DNA of 63,722 nt, the filler included, from Octopus bimaculoides (taxonomy: Eukaryota): NCBI RefSeq assembly GCF_001194135.2. It is 12 parts of 11 records of this genome, joined end to end, with 100 filler letters (N's around TTAATTAATTAA, not from the genome) between each part and the next. Parts side by side here need not be neighbours in the genome. Positions count along the whole stretch, not along the records: positions 4,655 to 23,646 come from NC_068981.1; positions 23,747 to 26,496 come from NC_069007.1; positions 26,597 to 35,422 come from NC_068990.1; positions 35,523 to 38,106 come from NC_068986.1; 8 more parts are not named here. One strand, written 5' to 3'. The translations under genes were made by a program, and so were the position numbers. Positions 22,740-35,690 of the stretch are shown here, in pieces. A model generated the notes under the pieces. That model was not told the origin of the DNA. It worked only from the letters and a program-made list of their open reading frames with translations, and did not search any database. Within the stretch, counting starts at the first letter, position 1, and the number at the start of each line of letters is the position of its first letter.

Positions 22740-22755
22740 CAACAACAATAATAAT
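22631..22755. repeat. Compound trinucleotide microsatellite (CAC/CAT)(ACT)n(GCT)n(AAT)n(AAC)n(AAT)n
   Basis: Directly visible. Confidence 0.95.
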
Positions 22756-23490
22756 AATAATAATAATAATAATAGCATATACATGCATACACACACATGC
22801 GTGGCTATGTATGTATTTACACAGATGAAATTATATATATACACACATGTATATATGCTCATACACTTACAGGCGCGCGCGAACACGTGCGTGCATATAA
22901 AAAAAAAATCGATCATTGTAATTCCATTATTATGAGTTAAGTCATTGGAATATTCAATTAAGTCATGAAACGAAGATTCCACTTTACAATTAATTTCCGC
23001 CCTCCGTGACACAGAAAAAGGAAATTAATTGCGAATATGTTCTTTTAGTACAGTTGAATGTATTAAGCCATATTAAAAATTAATAAACAAACACAGATTA
23101 AGCGCGTAAAATAAATATATTTATCTATAAATGAAAATAAATGCAAAATTAAATAAAACAAATATGCTTAATCCACCCACGCATAGAAGACATCACATAA
23201 GTTGGTATAGGGAGCTGGGTCAGTCAAAAGAGTTTGTGAAAATCCCCGGTGTTGGATTAACTTCGAATCCTTTTACGTTATTTGGGAAGTTCAGATAAAG
23301 GCGCAGAAATGGCTGCGTGGTTAAAAAGTTCTCTTCACAACGACGTCATTTCGGGTTCACTGATAGTTTTTGCGCCATAACTCCAGTCCGACCAATACTT
23401 CTAAGCTGAATCTGGAAGATAGAATCTCTCTCTCCACACACACACACATATATATAGGTATGTATGCCCTCCTATACATACCTGTATATA

Positions 23491-23646
23491 TTTATATATA
23501 TAAAAATGAGAATGTGTGTCTGTCTGTCTGTCTGTGTGAATCCCTAAAACTCGAGAACTACACAACCAATTTCATTCACATTTTACAGATGCCTTACTTA
23601 GGGTTCCAGTTGTGTTTTAGTCAAAAAACATTTTAACTTCTTGCAG
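23491..23646 (+). mobile_element. Helitron-like 5' terminus
   Basis: tttatatatataaaaatgagaatgtgtgtctgtctgtctg resembles the TC-TATA...(GTCT)n starts of non-autonomous Helitrons; truncated by a gap. Confidence 0.45.
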
Positions 23647-24317
23647 NNNNNNNNNNNNNNNNNNNNNNNNNNNNNNNNNNNNNNNNNNNNTTAATTAATT
23701 AANNNNNNNNNNNNNNNNNNNNNNNNNNNNNNNNNNNNNNNNNNNNGGTGGTGGTAATGGAGGTGTTCAGGGCGGTGATGACAAAACTGTAATCGTTGCA
23801 ACTTTTATTGTTGTTGGCGTTGTTGTTGTCATTCTGCTTACTGTTGAGATTAATAGTGGTGGTGGTGGTAGTGGTGGTGTTGGTGGTAGTGTTGTATGTC
23901 ATGGTGATGTAAACGCATCCGTTATTATTGTTGTTGTTGTTGCTGTTGTTCTTATGATAACAGGGATCAGAGCAATCGGAGAAAGCAAATCCAAGCAGCC
24001 CCAGTAAACCTTACGAAATGGGACAAGCAATTTTCTGTCCCCTTTAGAACGTAACCCCACCCACCTACCACCCCTACAACAAGCACACAAATCCTTCCCA
24101 GACATGCCCCATCAACATCTTATATTCTTCGGTCACCATTTCTTCTATTTCAGCTTAAATCGAGCGAGAAATATTCTTTATGTGCGTTCCATGATTACTC
24201 CTTCCGCATTTTTGTCCCTTTTTTATCTGTACCTACCTATCTCTCCGTCATTATCTCGTTCATTCATTCACATATACACTAATCACCAAAATAAATTAAT
24301 TAAAACACAAATAAATG

Positions 24318-24372
<55 letters not shown>

Positions 24373-25223
24373 NNNNNNNNNNNNNNNNNNNNNNNNNNNN
24401 NNNNNNNNNNNNNNNNNNNNNNNNNNNNNNNNNNNNNNNNNNNNNNNNNNNNNNNNNNNNNNNNNNNNNNNNNNNNNNNNNNNNNNNNNNNNNNNNNNNN
24501 NNNNNNNNNNNNNNNNNNNNNNNNNNNNNNNNNNNNNNNNNNNNNNNNNNNNNNNNNNNNNNNNNNNNNNNNNNNNNNNNNNNNNNNNNNNNNNNNNNNN
24601 NNNNNNNNNNNNNNNNNNNNNNNNNNNNNNNNNNNNNNNNNNNNNNNNNNNNNNNNNNNNNNNNNNNNNNNNNNNNNNNNNNNNNNNNNNNNNNNNNNNN
24701 NNNNNNNNNNNNNNNNNNNNNNNNNNNNNNNNNNNNNNNNNNNNNNNNNNNNNNNNNNNNNNNNNNNNNNNNNNNNNNNNNNNNNNNNNNNNNNNNNNNN
24801 NNNNNNNNNNNNNNNNNNNNNNNNNNNNNNNNNNNNNNNNNNNNNNNNNNNNNNNNNNNNNNNNNNNNNNNNNNNNNNNNNNNNNNNNNNNNNNNNNNNN
24901 NNNNNNNNNNNNNNNNNNNNNNNNNNNNNNNNNNNNNNNNNNNNNNNNNNNNNNNNNNNNNNNNNNNNNNNNNNNNNNNNNNNNNNNNNNNNNNNNNNNN
25001 NNNNNNNNNNNNNNNNNNNNNNNNNNNNNNNNNNNNNNNNNNNNNNNNNNNNNNNNNNNNNNNNNNNNNNNNNNNNNNNNNNNNNNNNNNNNNNNNNNNN
25101 NNNNNNNNNNNNNNNNNNNNNNNNNNNNNNNNNNNNNNNNNNNNNNNNNNNNNNNNNNNNNNNNNNNNNNNNNNNNNNNNNNNNNNNNNNNNNNNNNNNN
25201 NNNNGAAAGAGAGAGAGAGAGAG

Positions 25224-25265
<42 letters not shown>

Positions 25266-25832
25266 TGTGTGTGTATATATATTTATATCAAATTTTTTTC
25301 CGTTATTCTTTTGGTTAAGCGATGTTTGCTCGCAGAGGAGGCAGGCGTTCGGCGACGCTAGTGACAGAAAACTAACTGCACAACGTTGCTGCCTACAAGC
25401 TTGGCTTACACCTTACAGATTCCAAACAGCATCCACGTGGTGGAGAAAGAAAACTTGTAAACCAAACATTTACAGTTGCATCTGCTTGACCAAATAGCCA
25501 TCCGTCTATACATCCGAACAACTCTCTAACCATCCATCCATCTATACACCTTTCCATCGATCTTTCTATTTCTCCATCAACTTCGCTGGAAGAACCAGCT
25601 GCAAGTATTCTCTGTACGCCATTACCAATGTCGGAATTCATTTTCTTCATTCAATCGATCTTTCTTTGTCGCTTGGTCTTCCCCGATTTCCGTTTCCGGT
25701 CAATGTATTTCTCGTCTGTAGGCAGGTGATTTTGGCTTCCTTCAATGAAAACAGAGATAAGAGAACTGTCTGCATGAATATGGACAGACACAGACGTACT
25801 AGCTTATATAATGTATTACGCACATGTACGCA

Positions 25833-25876
<44 letters not shown>

Positions 25877-26595
25877 NNNNNNNNNNTCTTATTGTTGTCG
25901 CCATTTTTCTTTTGCTATCTTCGCCTTTGTTATCGTCGTCGCTGTTGTTGTTGTTCTGATTGTTATTGTAATTGTTCATGGTTGATGTGAGTATCATGAT
26001 TTCTATTGTTGCTGTCGTTCTGGTTAGTGTTGTGCCGCGGGGTGTTGTTCTATATAACCCTAGGTCGTCAATCATGACCGAGCAAAACATATGACCAAAG
26101 GTAGATCCAACCGTGACAACACTGCCTTTCCAAAAAGAGAGAATCATGTATGACTACTATATCTAATGATTCAATTCCTTCTCTGTAAAAATAGTGTTAG
26201 GAGTAATTTAAGGACAGTTTGGCTGCTCTTTCTAGCATACCAGGTTCCAACGTTAAATACCCTCGTTATTTTTGCTGTTGGTTTTGGTGGTGGTGGTGGT
26301 GGTAGCGAATGCTGTGTAAATGCGACTGTTGTTTGTTATAGTTGCTGTTCGCAATGGGGGCGGTGTTGGTGAATGTGTGTGTGCTTCTGTTTCTGGCCTC
26401 CGCCACTGTGGTGCAATTGTGAACATTTTTGCTGTTGTGGTTACAGTTGCAAATAAACAGTTGTAGCTGTGGTGGAAGCAGCGGTGATGGTATAATNNNN
26501 NNNNNNNNNNNNNNNNNNNNNNNNNNNNNNNNNNNNNNNNTTAATTAATTAANNNNNNNNNNNNNNNNNNNNNNNNNNNNNNNNNNNNNNNNNNN

Positions 26596-27770
26596 NTATA
26601 ACAAACACTAACCAAAACCTGCAATATATGCCCTTTAATATATTAAGTTTTTTTTTAATGTTCTAAAATGTTATTTACCTCATTTATAAATTAATTCAAT
26701 TCTTCGATCTTTCTGGGCAAATATATCTATCATATTTTCATAGAAATCTTCTCTTTTCATCAATTGCTGTAATAAATCTTTTTCAATCGACATTAGTGCT
26801 AACCCAGACAGTCTTCTTTCTCCTGACGCATTTCTTTGGTATGTTTTGATTCTACTTAATGCAGAAAAGGATCGCTCTACAGAAGCAGTGGTAGACGGAA
26901 TTGTCAAAATCAACTTGCACAGATTGAAAACTTCTGGCATAGCTTCAACAAGATCACGAATATTTTATGATCTATCAATGATTTTATATGACTTTGCGAA
27001 CGCTCGTGCTTTAGCATAGCCATATGTAAATTATTTAAATCATCATAGCCTTTATCATTCTAAATATTCTTTTCTAAGCAAAAAAGTAAACAAGGCCAAC
27101 AGAATAATTTATTAAGTGTAGCAATTCCAGTTAACCATTTTTTCTTTTCATACAAATTAACCTGAAATTGTCTCTTGAATTAGGTAAATTCGGTGTTGGT
27201 CTCTTTTCGATAAACTATTTCTCAAAATATCGTTTATAACACTTATTTCGAAAAAGGCTACTTTTATATAAGAATACAGGTGTAAGCGTAAGAGTAAATT
27301 GCATCTGAGTCAATTTCAACAAAACGAAAAAATAACGTTAGTAAAATTAATTAAAGATTAATTAGCTACTTCTGAAATAAGAAATATAGTATAGATAATA
27401 TTTTTTTTCAGAACACTCCAAAAATATAATAGTGCAAACAGATGTTTTGGATTAAAAAAATTCAAACTTACCGCCAGGTTATTCCGACATTTCATCTGGC
27501 TAAATCAGGAATTATGGGATTGCTCTTGTTTGGGTCAAAAAGTGGAACGAGGCTAGCAACAATTGTACACAAAGAGGGAGAGGGGAGGGGTGTCAGGTGA
27601 ACTTCTCAAAGCAGACGAACGAGTCAGTGAGAGAGATGGAAGGGGAGGCAGAATATTTCGAAAACACCTGGATGGAGTTTCTTTGAAAAAAAATGAATAT
27701 TTTATCGAATTTTCCGATGATATGGATAAAAAAATCACAGAGCATGCAGCGCATACTTTGCATGCCTGAC
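26596..27770 (-). mobile_element. Internally deleted hAT transposon (ZMYM1-like group)
   Basis: C-terminal dimerisation domain LILTIPSTTASVERSFSALSRIK (26680-26940) fused to the N-terminal KWLTG...LFCWPCLLF...KHERSQSH motif. The outer boundary is uncertain. Confidence 0.8.
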
Positions 27771-27820
27771 ACACACATACACACATGCATGTATACATAC
27801 ATATCTATATACATTTATAA

Positions 27821-27858
<38 letters not shown>

Positions 27859-27924
27859 GAGAATATACAATAGACGAGGACAACAGACGAGGACAGGTGG
27901 TGTAAATAACAAAAGTATATATTA

Positions 27925-27972
<48 letters not shown>

Positions 27973-28365
27973 AGAGAGAGAGAGAGAGAGCGCTGGGAAG
28001 AGAAAGAGAGAGAGAAAGATATGCATACATACATACATACATACATGCATACATGGTGGTTGCATCTCAGTTTTGAGGAATGTCATCACTTGATTATTCT
28101 CTTAAAGCAACACAGATGTGGCAATGAGGGGCACCTCTTGCAACAGGTGTTCAGTGAATTGACCATCCATGCTGACATATGACTTCATTCCATCATGGAT
28201 TTTTTTCTTTGAGTGTTTTCCCTTTTTAGGCTATGGTCAGCCATAGTATGCAATACATAACAGAGATGTTAAAAATCAAACTGCTTGTGCCTGAAGCATT
28301 TTAAAGAGAAGAAAAGCTTTGCACAGGACCAGTCCCACTCTCAAGATGTTTGCTTTTGCCTAAAA

Positions 28366-28796
28366 CAGGGGTCATCAAACTACAGCCTGCGAGCTGGATC
28401 TGGCCTGTAAGGTTAGTTCACGTGACTCACTGTCGCACTACTTTTTGTATATAAGTACCTGCAATTACAGTTCATTTGCCTCTAGTATGGCATCGGTGTT
28501 TGGAACAGCTTATGTCTGAGAGCAAATATTTTCAAAAACGAAGTATTTGAAGTCAGCACATGTCACTAACCTTGTTTGCTGCTTAGTTTGTGAGATTTGG
28601 ATATGTGCGCACTGGGTGTGATCTAGCTATCTTATTGCTAACGATGCCTTCTTTGATAACTTCTTGGTAAATACATGTGTTGATTGTCTTTATTTTTTTA
28701 TGCATTCACTGTATTGCATTAAACAAAATGGTTATGTGGCTCACACTCATCATTCTCTCAGTTAGCTGGCCTGCCATGAAAAAAGTTTGGTGACCT
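28366..28796 (+). mobile_element. hAT-Charlie MITE with a transposase C-terminal remnant
   Basis: TIR CAGGGGTCATCAAACT and agtttggtgacc; cctaaaac on both sides; internal ASVFGTAYV.EQIFSKTKYLKS. Confidence 0.75.
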
Positions 28797-29979
28797 AAAA
28801 CAAAGAACTAATTTACATCATTAGGTGCAAAGTCACAGGTGTTATGTCAGAGTTTTTTTCCCTCCTAAGTAGATGTCTAAAGAAAAATTAGGGGTCTCTC
28901 ACACCCAAGTTTTCTTTTTTGTCCTGATGGGTGTCCAACAAATCCCTGCCCCCAACCTGCTCCTTACCAAGCAGGCTTGGTAAGGTTGCTGGTTTAGTTA
29001 CTGATGACATATCCATGAGAGTTGTACTGGGTCACATGCTACCAGTAGCACTGGGAGTCAGCTGACATACATACACACATATATTAACACTCATAGATAC
29101 ACAAGCGGCTATAAAATACACATATTTTTAATCATATATATGCTAATATCACATATCTGTGTATAGCTATTATTAAAATATCTCATGCATTTTCTACAAC
29201 TAAGTAGATATCTGTTTCTCTATACTAACTATTGCCATAGTACTAATATCTTAGTCATTATCTTTATCATCTTCATACTCATCTGTAATTTCACTAAAAC
29301 AGAGCAACTACACTGACTCAATGGAAGGTTAACATCAAATTGCTAAGGTCTAATGTGTGTTTAGTACTTCTGTTATGTAATATTCTATTTGTTTCTCACA
29401 AATTGAAACAGATCATGATCTTCAATGCTTATGAAAAAGAAACATAAATATATTTTTTTTAACTTCAAGAGACCTTGTTAACTTGTTTATAGTTAATATC
29501 TTGTGCAATATTCATCAGTAAACTGTCTAGTGTTTTTGTCTGTTTGTTTTTTATATTAATGCTATTATTTATATTGTGCTTGTTTTATTATAAACACTGT
29601 AAAATATTTATTTGCAAACATTGCTCTGAAATTGTATTGTTTTTTAAGCAAAAATAAAGCAATTTTAAATCTTCCATGAGATCAATTAAGATTATCTATG
29701 CTGTCAAATAAAAAAAAAGGATAAAGAAACTATATTACATTGTTTGAGTAATTTCTAATGTTGATTAGAGACAACTACATCAACAGAATGTTAGCCTGGA
29801 TGCTTTAGATTAAGTAAAGTTTATCTTCCATCTTTGTAGTGAATAATGTAATGAAACCTAATAATATACTTTAATTGATCAGTTGTTGATCAGGAGTAAA
29901 ATCACTCAACAATAAAAGATTTTGTCTAATGAAAAGAAATCAGTTTTGTTTTATTTACATACATGATAGAGTAGATAGA

Positions 29980-30150
29980 CCAATGATTAAAACCATCCCA
30001 GTTTTGACCATCTAAACTTGTATTCAAACAGTATAGCTAGGATTACTTTAGCCAATGTATCCATCTTTTTTAAGATGGTAGCATGTGATCTGAGGGAGAT
30101 TTAGCTACTATTTTTATTATCTTCAGTGACAAAATGGAGACTCCTTTTAT
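29980..30150 (+). mobile_element. Repeat family D
   Basis: accatccc...ttttttaagatggtagcatgtgatctgagggagatttagctactattt; related to 10205-10385. Confidence 0.5.
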
Positions 30151-30351
30151 TATGAGTTGTAGTTTTTGTTATGTCAAAATTGCAACAGTTTCTGTTCCAG
30201 ATTTTAGCCATTTCCATTCACTTGCATCACTAGTGCTTTTGTATATTTATCTATTCTCTTTGTTACATCAGTCTATTTCAGATTCGGTACTATGTTCAGA
30301 ATAAAGAAAATAAAACTATTATTTTGTTTAGTTTTAAATAAAGAAAAACAT

Positions 30352-31015
30352 ATGCTTTGATTATGTGGTAAGACGTTTGCTTCCCAACCATGGTTGCAGG
30401 TTCAATCCTGCTGCATGGCATCTTGGCTAAGTGTCTCCTACTATAGCCCCAGGCTGACCAAAACCTTGTGAGTGAAAGAAACTTAAAGAAGCCCATCATA
30501 TATACAGTCATGGCCAAAAGTTTTGAACACAGGTCTGAAAATTAGAATTTTTATATTAAATGCCCAAAGTTATATTTAATTTGCAATATATTATTACTGT
30601 ACAACAATTTTAATTTTTTTTAAATGTTCCAAACTTTTGGCCACGACTGTACATATATAAATATTGGGTATTTTCACAACTTCTTACTATAAGAAAAATA
30701 TTTTCTTTGCAGTAACTGCAGTGAATCGCCTTTTAGTAGTTGAAGTATATCAAAAACATATTTTAACTAACCTAGATTTTGCTTATATATATATTTACAT
30801 GTGTGTCTCTTTGTGGTTGTGTTTGTCTTTCGCAACTGCTTGACAACCGGTATCAGTTTGTTTATGTCCTCATAACTTAGCAGTTCAGCAAAAGGGACTA
30901 TATACCAGGCTTAAAAAAAAATAAGTACTGGTGTCGATTTGTTCATCTAAACCTTGATGGTGGTGCCCCAGCATATTCACACAGCTTAGTGATTGAAAGA
31001 AGTAAAAGTTAAATG
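30352..31015 (+). mobile_element. SINE family A with insertions in its central TA tract
   Basis: Head 30352-30500, tail 30800-31015, inserted DNA between them. Confidence 0.75.
30505..30649. mobile_element. Tc1-type MITE, 145 bp
   Basis: TIRs CAGTCATGGCCAAAAGTTT and AAACTTTTGGCCACGACTG; TA at 30503-30504 and 30650-30651. Confidence 0.88.
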
Positions 31016-32002
31016 ATAAAAGCTATTCACTCTGGTAAAGAAAAGCAAGGACAACTCCAGTGAAGTTTTAATCTTATTAGAACTCTTTAGCAAAATGTAA
31101 TTTTACCAGTATTTACTCAATCCTGAATGACTGAGAAATATAAAGTTTTTTTTTTAATTAATGAATACTGTCAGGTGCTGACCAGAGTTAATCATTAAAT
31201 CTAATGATGTTTGTCTTCTCATTATGAGTTTAATTTCAATTAATTATATGTTTGGTGGGGGAGTGGTTTCACTACATTTAATACCTTAGCCTCCACTTGA
31301 ATTTGTGTTTTCATGCAGAGGTCATCCATGGCTAGTTTTACCCATCCCTTCTGTCTCTCATTTGATTTCATATGAATGAAATAAATTTGAGCTAACAGAA
31401 ATACATAAATATATTTATTTTTATTAATATAATATGTAAACTTTGAGAATAAATGTTTCTTTTCTTTTCGTTTTTTTTTTACTGCAAACGATGTAATTGT
31501 AAGTGTATTTATCATTTATAAACAATTACTTGATAATTTAAAATGATCTCTAGTCTTGTTTCTAATTCATTTCATTATATATCACATTTAGTATTATGTG
31601 TTATAATTTGTCGATATTTCTTTCAGTTATTTATAAGAAGTAATTCTTTATTTATCTTTTGTTTAATATTTTATTATTTAGCTTCAGTTAAGTTTTTCTC
31701 TGCAATCTAGATTTACTGATGTTTCTTGGTTGTACAGTACCGTTTTGTCATTGAATAACTGAGTAGTCTCAAATCTGCTAGATGTTACTGATTTTGTGTT
31801 TAGCATTTAAATCATTTATGATGGTGAGTATACAATCACTTTTAATATATTCTATAGTATATACCTGTTGTATTAGTGCTCTATAATTTTATCTCTTTGT
31901 TAACGATGTCATAGTGATTTGCAGTGATATCTTAAATAGTATAAACATAATCTGTACACATGTCTAGCTGTCCCATAAGCAGACATAATATCTTGTGTAA
32001 GC

Positions 32003-32290
32003 ATTATTATTATTATTATTATTATTACTATTATTAAGTGAGAGAGCAGTGCATGCCATCAGAGTGACACTAGGGTAAAATATACGAAGCCCAGTATACC
32101 CATCATGACTACCCGTCTGATAAAAGTACACCAGATACATCACAACCATAAGCATCAAAACCATATGCACACAACATGGGAATCTCATATCAAGATAAAC
32201 AGTGCATGACCTTGCAGGTGGGACCCAGTTAGAATTTTCTTCCGGTTGAGTAGCCCATCCTGCTCAAAAGGTCCCTGAGTTGTTTAAGGA
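32003..32290 (-). mobile_element. Non-coding retroposon (family F) with an (AAT)n tail
   Basis: GC-richer block ending on the minus strand in gcactgctctctcacttaataatagtaataat; single copy in the window, family status recalled from memory. Confidence 0.45.
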
Positions 32291-32985
32291 TTATCGTTAT
32301 CATTATTATTATTGATTTGACTCAGGTTCGGTCTTATTCCTGGCAGGATCTATGAGGCTAGTAGGTTACTACCTGTAACTTTAGGTATTCACTAGCTCTC
32401 AATAGTCTTTCAAGTGCTTAAAACCCTCCTGATAATCTTTCCTGTTCCTAAGAGGCAAACTTTCTCTAGAAGTTCTACAGGACATTCTATTCCAAGCTTC
32501 TTCAACCATTTGTCTATATCTTTGCTTATAGTTACCAATACACCAATTATTATAGGCATAACCTTTATAGTTTTCATATTCCAAATTCTTGCAATTTCAA
32601 ATTTTAAAGGATGGTACTTTTTTGCTTTTCATCTTTCTTTACAATCCTGAAATCAACTGAACATGATGGATCAATTAGTAAGCAACTTCGCTTTTCCTTG
32701 TCTTATTATTGCTGTCTGGTCCATTATTTTCCAGCTTCTTGTCTGTTTGAAAAGCAAGTCCCACAAAATCTTACAATTCTCCCACTCAAGCACTCTTTTG
32801 ACTTGATGATCATACCATCTATCTCCAGCTTCATGCCCCCATTTCTGGAAGAGTTTCCAGTGTAAAACTTTCACAACTTGACCATGCTTTCATATCTTAT
32901 ATTCTTCCTGTGCTGACTTGGGACATTCTGCAACAATGTGTGCCACTGCCTCATTCAGTGTTATGAGACACTTCTGATATCATTG
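32290..32985 (-). mobile_element. R4/Dong-clade LINE 3' end (Cys-His motif and restriction-like endonuclease)
   Basis: HIVAECPKSAQEEY..KHGQVVKVLHWKL.QKWG...WYDHQVKRVLE.ENCKILWD, ending in an (AAT)n tail. Confidence 0.8.
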
Positions 32986-33039
32986 TCATTACCATTGTCA
33001 ATGTCGTCATCGTCATCATCATCATCATTGTCATCATCA

Positions 33040-34250
33040 TCATTCAGTAGTTCTTGTCTTTTGCATGCTTTAACTGCACAACCAAGCACAACTCGATGTA
33101 CCTCATTTATATGCCATTTTCTTTCAATATACACAGAATATACCCAAAGTACACAGAGCTGTGCTCAGTTGTACATATTATAAAAGCATTTATTTTTTAT
33201 GGGGATTGTCTCTAGGTCTTCTATATAGATAGTTTCCAGTTTCTTTTAGCATTACATTATTTCTTAAGACTACTTTGAGTAGCAGATATGTACCTATCTG
33301 GAGGGCCCTTGGCAACAATATCTGTTTGATTGTAATTATTCCTTTATATATGTGGATAGGCATATCCCAGAATATGGTCACAACGTCATTTTCTGAGATC
33401 TTTCCTGCTGTGTATTTATACTATTACATAATGTCTGTATTTCATAATGCTAGCATAAGCTGCAACTCAATCATGCCTATATATATATATATATATACAT
33501 ACATATATATTTTTTCTTTTAGCTAAGACTGGGAAACTAAGTAGGAAGTGACTAATAGTTTTTTCTTGTTTTTTGTTTTTCAAAAAAAATAAAAAGCACC
33601 TATTTATTGCATTTTGCTTTATTGTATGTTTTAGATACTTCCTGATAGGAAAGCTTTGGCTTTGTGCTTCAATCAAAGATCCATTAGACTCAGCTTTGAG
33701 TTCTGCACTTCTCAGCCAGTGTTGAGATGATTTTTCTTTATTCATTTCTCTGTTCAGTCTTCTCAGGTAATGCTCCAAAATGAAACTCCAGAGAGTCATG
33801 TATTTGACATGTATTTGACCACGATACTCTGAGATATCATTTTCAACTTGTCTTTTAACATTTTATTCTTTTTTGTTTCTCTTATCTCCACACAACCGTG
33901 TTACCTCAACCTATCTTCTGTTTGTTAGTTTTCTTGAAGAATGACATGAATTCTTCTGTTCATGTTTTGTATTTATTTGCACTATTTTCCATTCATTTTT
34001 TCACTAGATGTTTGTTTTTGTAGCCTGCAGTAGATATCTTATAAGTATTCTCAGTTGCAGAGGCCCCTGTCTCTCTGTGTTCAAGGCAAATCTAATCTTT
34101 CTGTATTAGGTTTGGAGATGTATAATTTAAATATAGTTATTTTTCTTGATTACTTGTATAATCTTGTTGGTTTACGTAAGTTCAGTTGAGAATACTATAA
34201 TTTATTACTAGCACAACCAGAATAAATATATTGTCTCAGAGTAACACTTT
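33040..34250 (-). mobile_element. Second, more decayed R4/Dong-clade LINE fragment
   Basis: KEKSSQHWLRSAELKAES.G.LI.AQ.QS.P.RKY, PVLAK...YRHD and TIFWDMPIH motifs. Confidence 0.75.
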
Positions 34251-34329
34251 CCACTAATGTGGTGATTTCACACACACACACACACACACACATGGATAGA
34301 TACAATTCACTACCTCTAAGTAGACATCT

Positions 34330-34565
34330 CTTTTATCTTTTATTTTTTACTTGTTTCAGTCATTAGACTACAGCCGTGCTAGGGCAGCACCTTGATTTTT
34401 TAGTTGAATGAATTGATCTTAGTACTTAATTTGATAAGGCTAGTACTTATTCTATCTCTCTCTTTTGCCATACTGCTAAATTTCAGGGATGCAAGCACAC
34501 CACCACCGGTTTTTAAGTGGTGGTGGGGTAGGGTGGAGGACAAACACAGACAGAAAGACACACAA
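34330..34565 (-). mobile_element. SINE family A 3' half
   Basis: tttacttgtttcagtcattagactacagccgtgctagggcagcacc. Confidence 0.75.
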
Positions 34566-34751
34566 ACATAGATATACGTTTATTTAATACTAAAGATTGC
34601 TGCAATAGAGTATGACTGTTGCTTTTCTTTTATCCAGCTTTCAAACTGATTCTGTCCTAACCATCACTCTCCTCTCCATCTCTTTTACTTCCTTTCTGTC
34701 TCTCTCTTCATGTTTTCTTCTCATTCTCTATATGTCTGAATTCCACTATCC

Positions 34752-34805
<54 letters not shown>

Positions 34806-35655
34806 GAGAGAGAGAGAGAGAGAGAAGGAGTGAGGAGAGAGAAAGAGGATGGGAAAGAGAAAGGAAAAATTAAAGAGAAATTGAAATGAGATGAAAAACA
34901 GAGAGTTTGATGTCACACAAGTGTACTACTGCTATTATTACCATCACAATCCTGAATGTATCGATACATTACATCAAAAGTTGATAGCTTTTGCAGAGTT
35001 TTACCTTTGGTTGTTCATGTCAGTTATGAACTGCTAAGAGCAACTCTTGGAGTATTGAGTTCTATATCAAATAATATTTGCACAATGTAAAGTATATTTT
35101 TTTATATCTTTACAACTCTTAAACACATGCACATGCACATACACATACACACAAATACACACATGCGCATGCACGTACACATGCACATACACACACACAT
35201 GCATACACATATCGTATAGTGTTTTTGTGTGCTTGTGTAAAAATATATATACATCTATGTGTGTGAATGTGCATATGCATATCTATTTGTATATCTTTTT
35301 CTTTATTTATATCTCCTGATGCTCTTTTAAAAATTACGATTTATGCATTGTTGTCTCTCAAATATTTAAAATCTACGATTAAGAGCCCTATCTCCTCGCT
35401 GACGGTAACCCGCCCTCCCACCNNNNNNNNNNNNNNNNNNNNNNNNNNNNNNNNNNNNNNNNNNNNTTAATTAATTAANNNNNNNNNNNNNNNNNNNNNN
35501 NNNNNNNNNNNNNNNNNNNNNNGGAGAGACAAGTTACTGAAGAGATTGCAAGAGTGCAATGAAATAATTTAACAAAAAACTATATAAATTAAATTAATAA
35601 AGGACTGAACCAGTGCGTGTGTTTATTACCGGCATAATGCCTCTCCCAAGGTTTA

Positions 35656-35687
<32 letters not shown>

Positions 35688-35690
<3 letters not shown>

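Noticed and set aside
22422-23012. Poly-L/A/V and poly-T/A/N ORFs
   Set aside because: Compound trinucleotide repeat.
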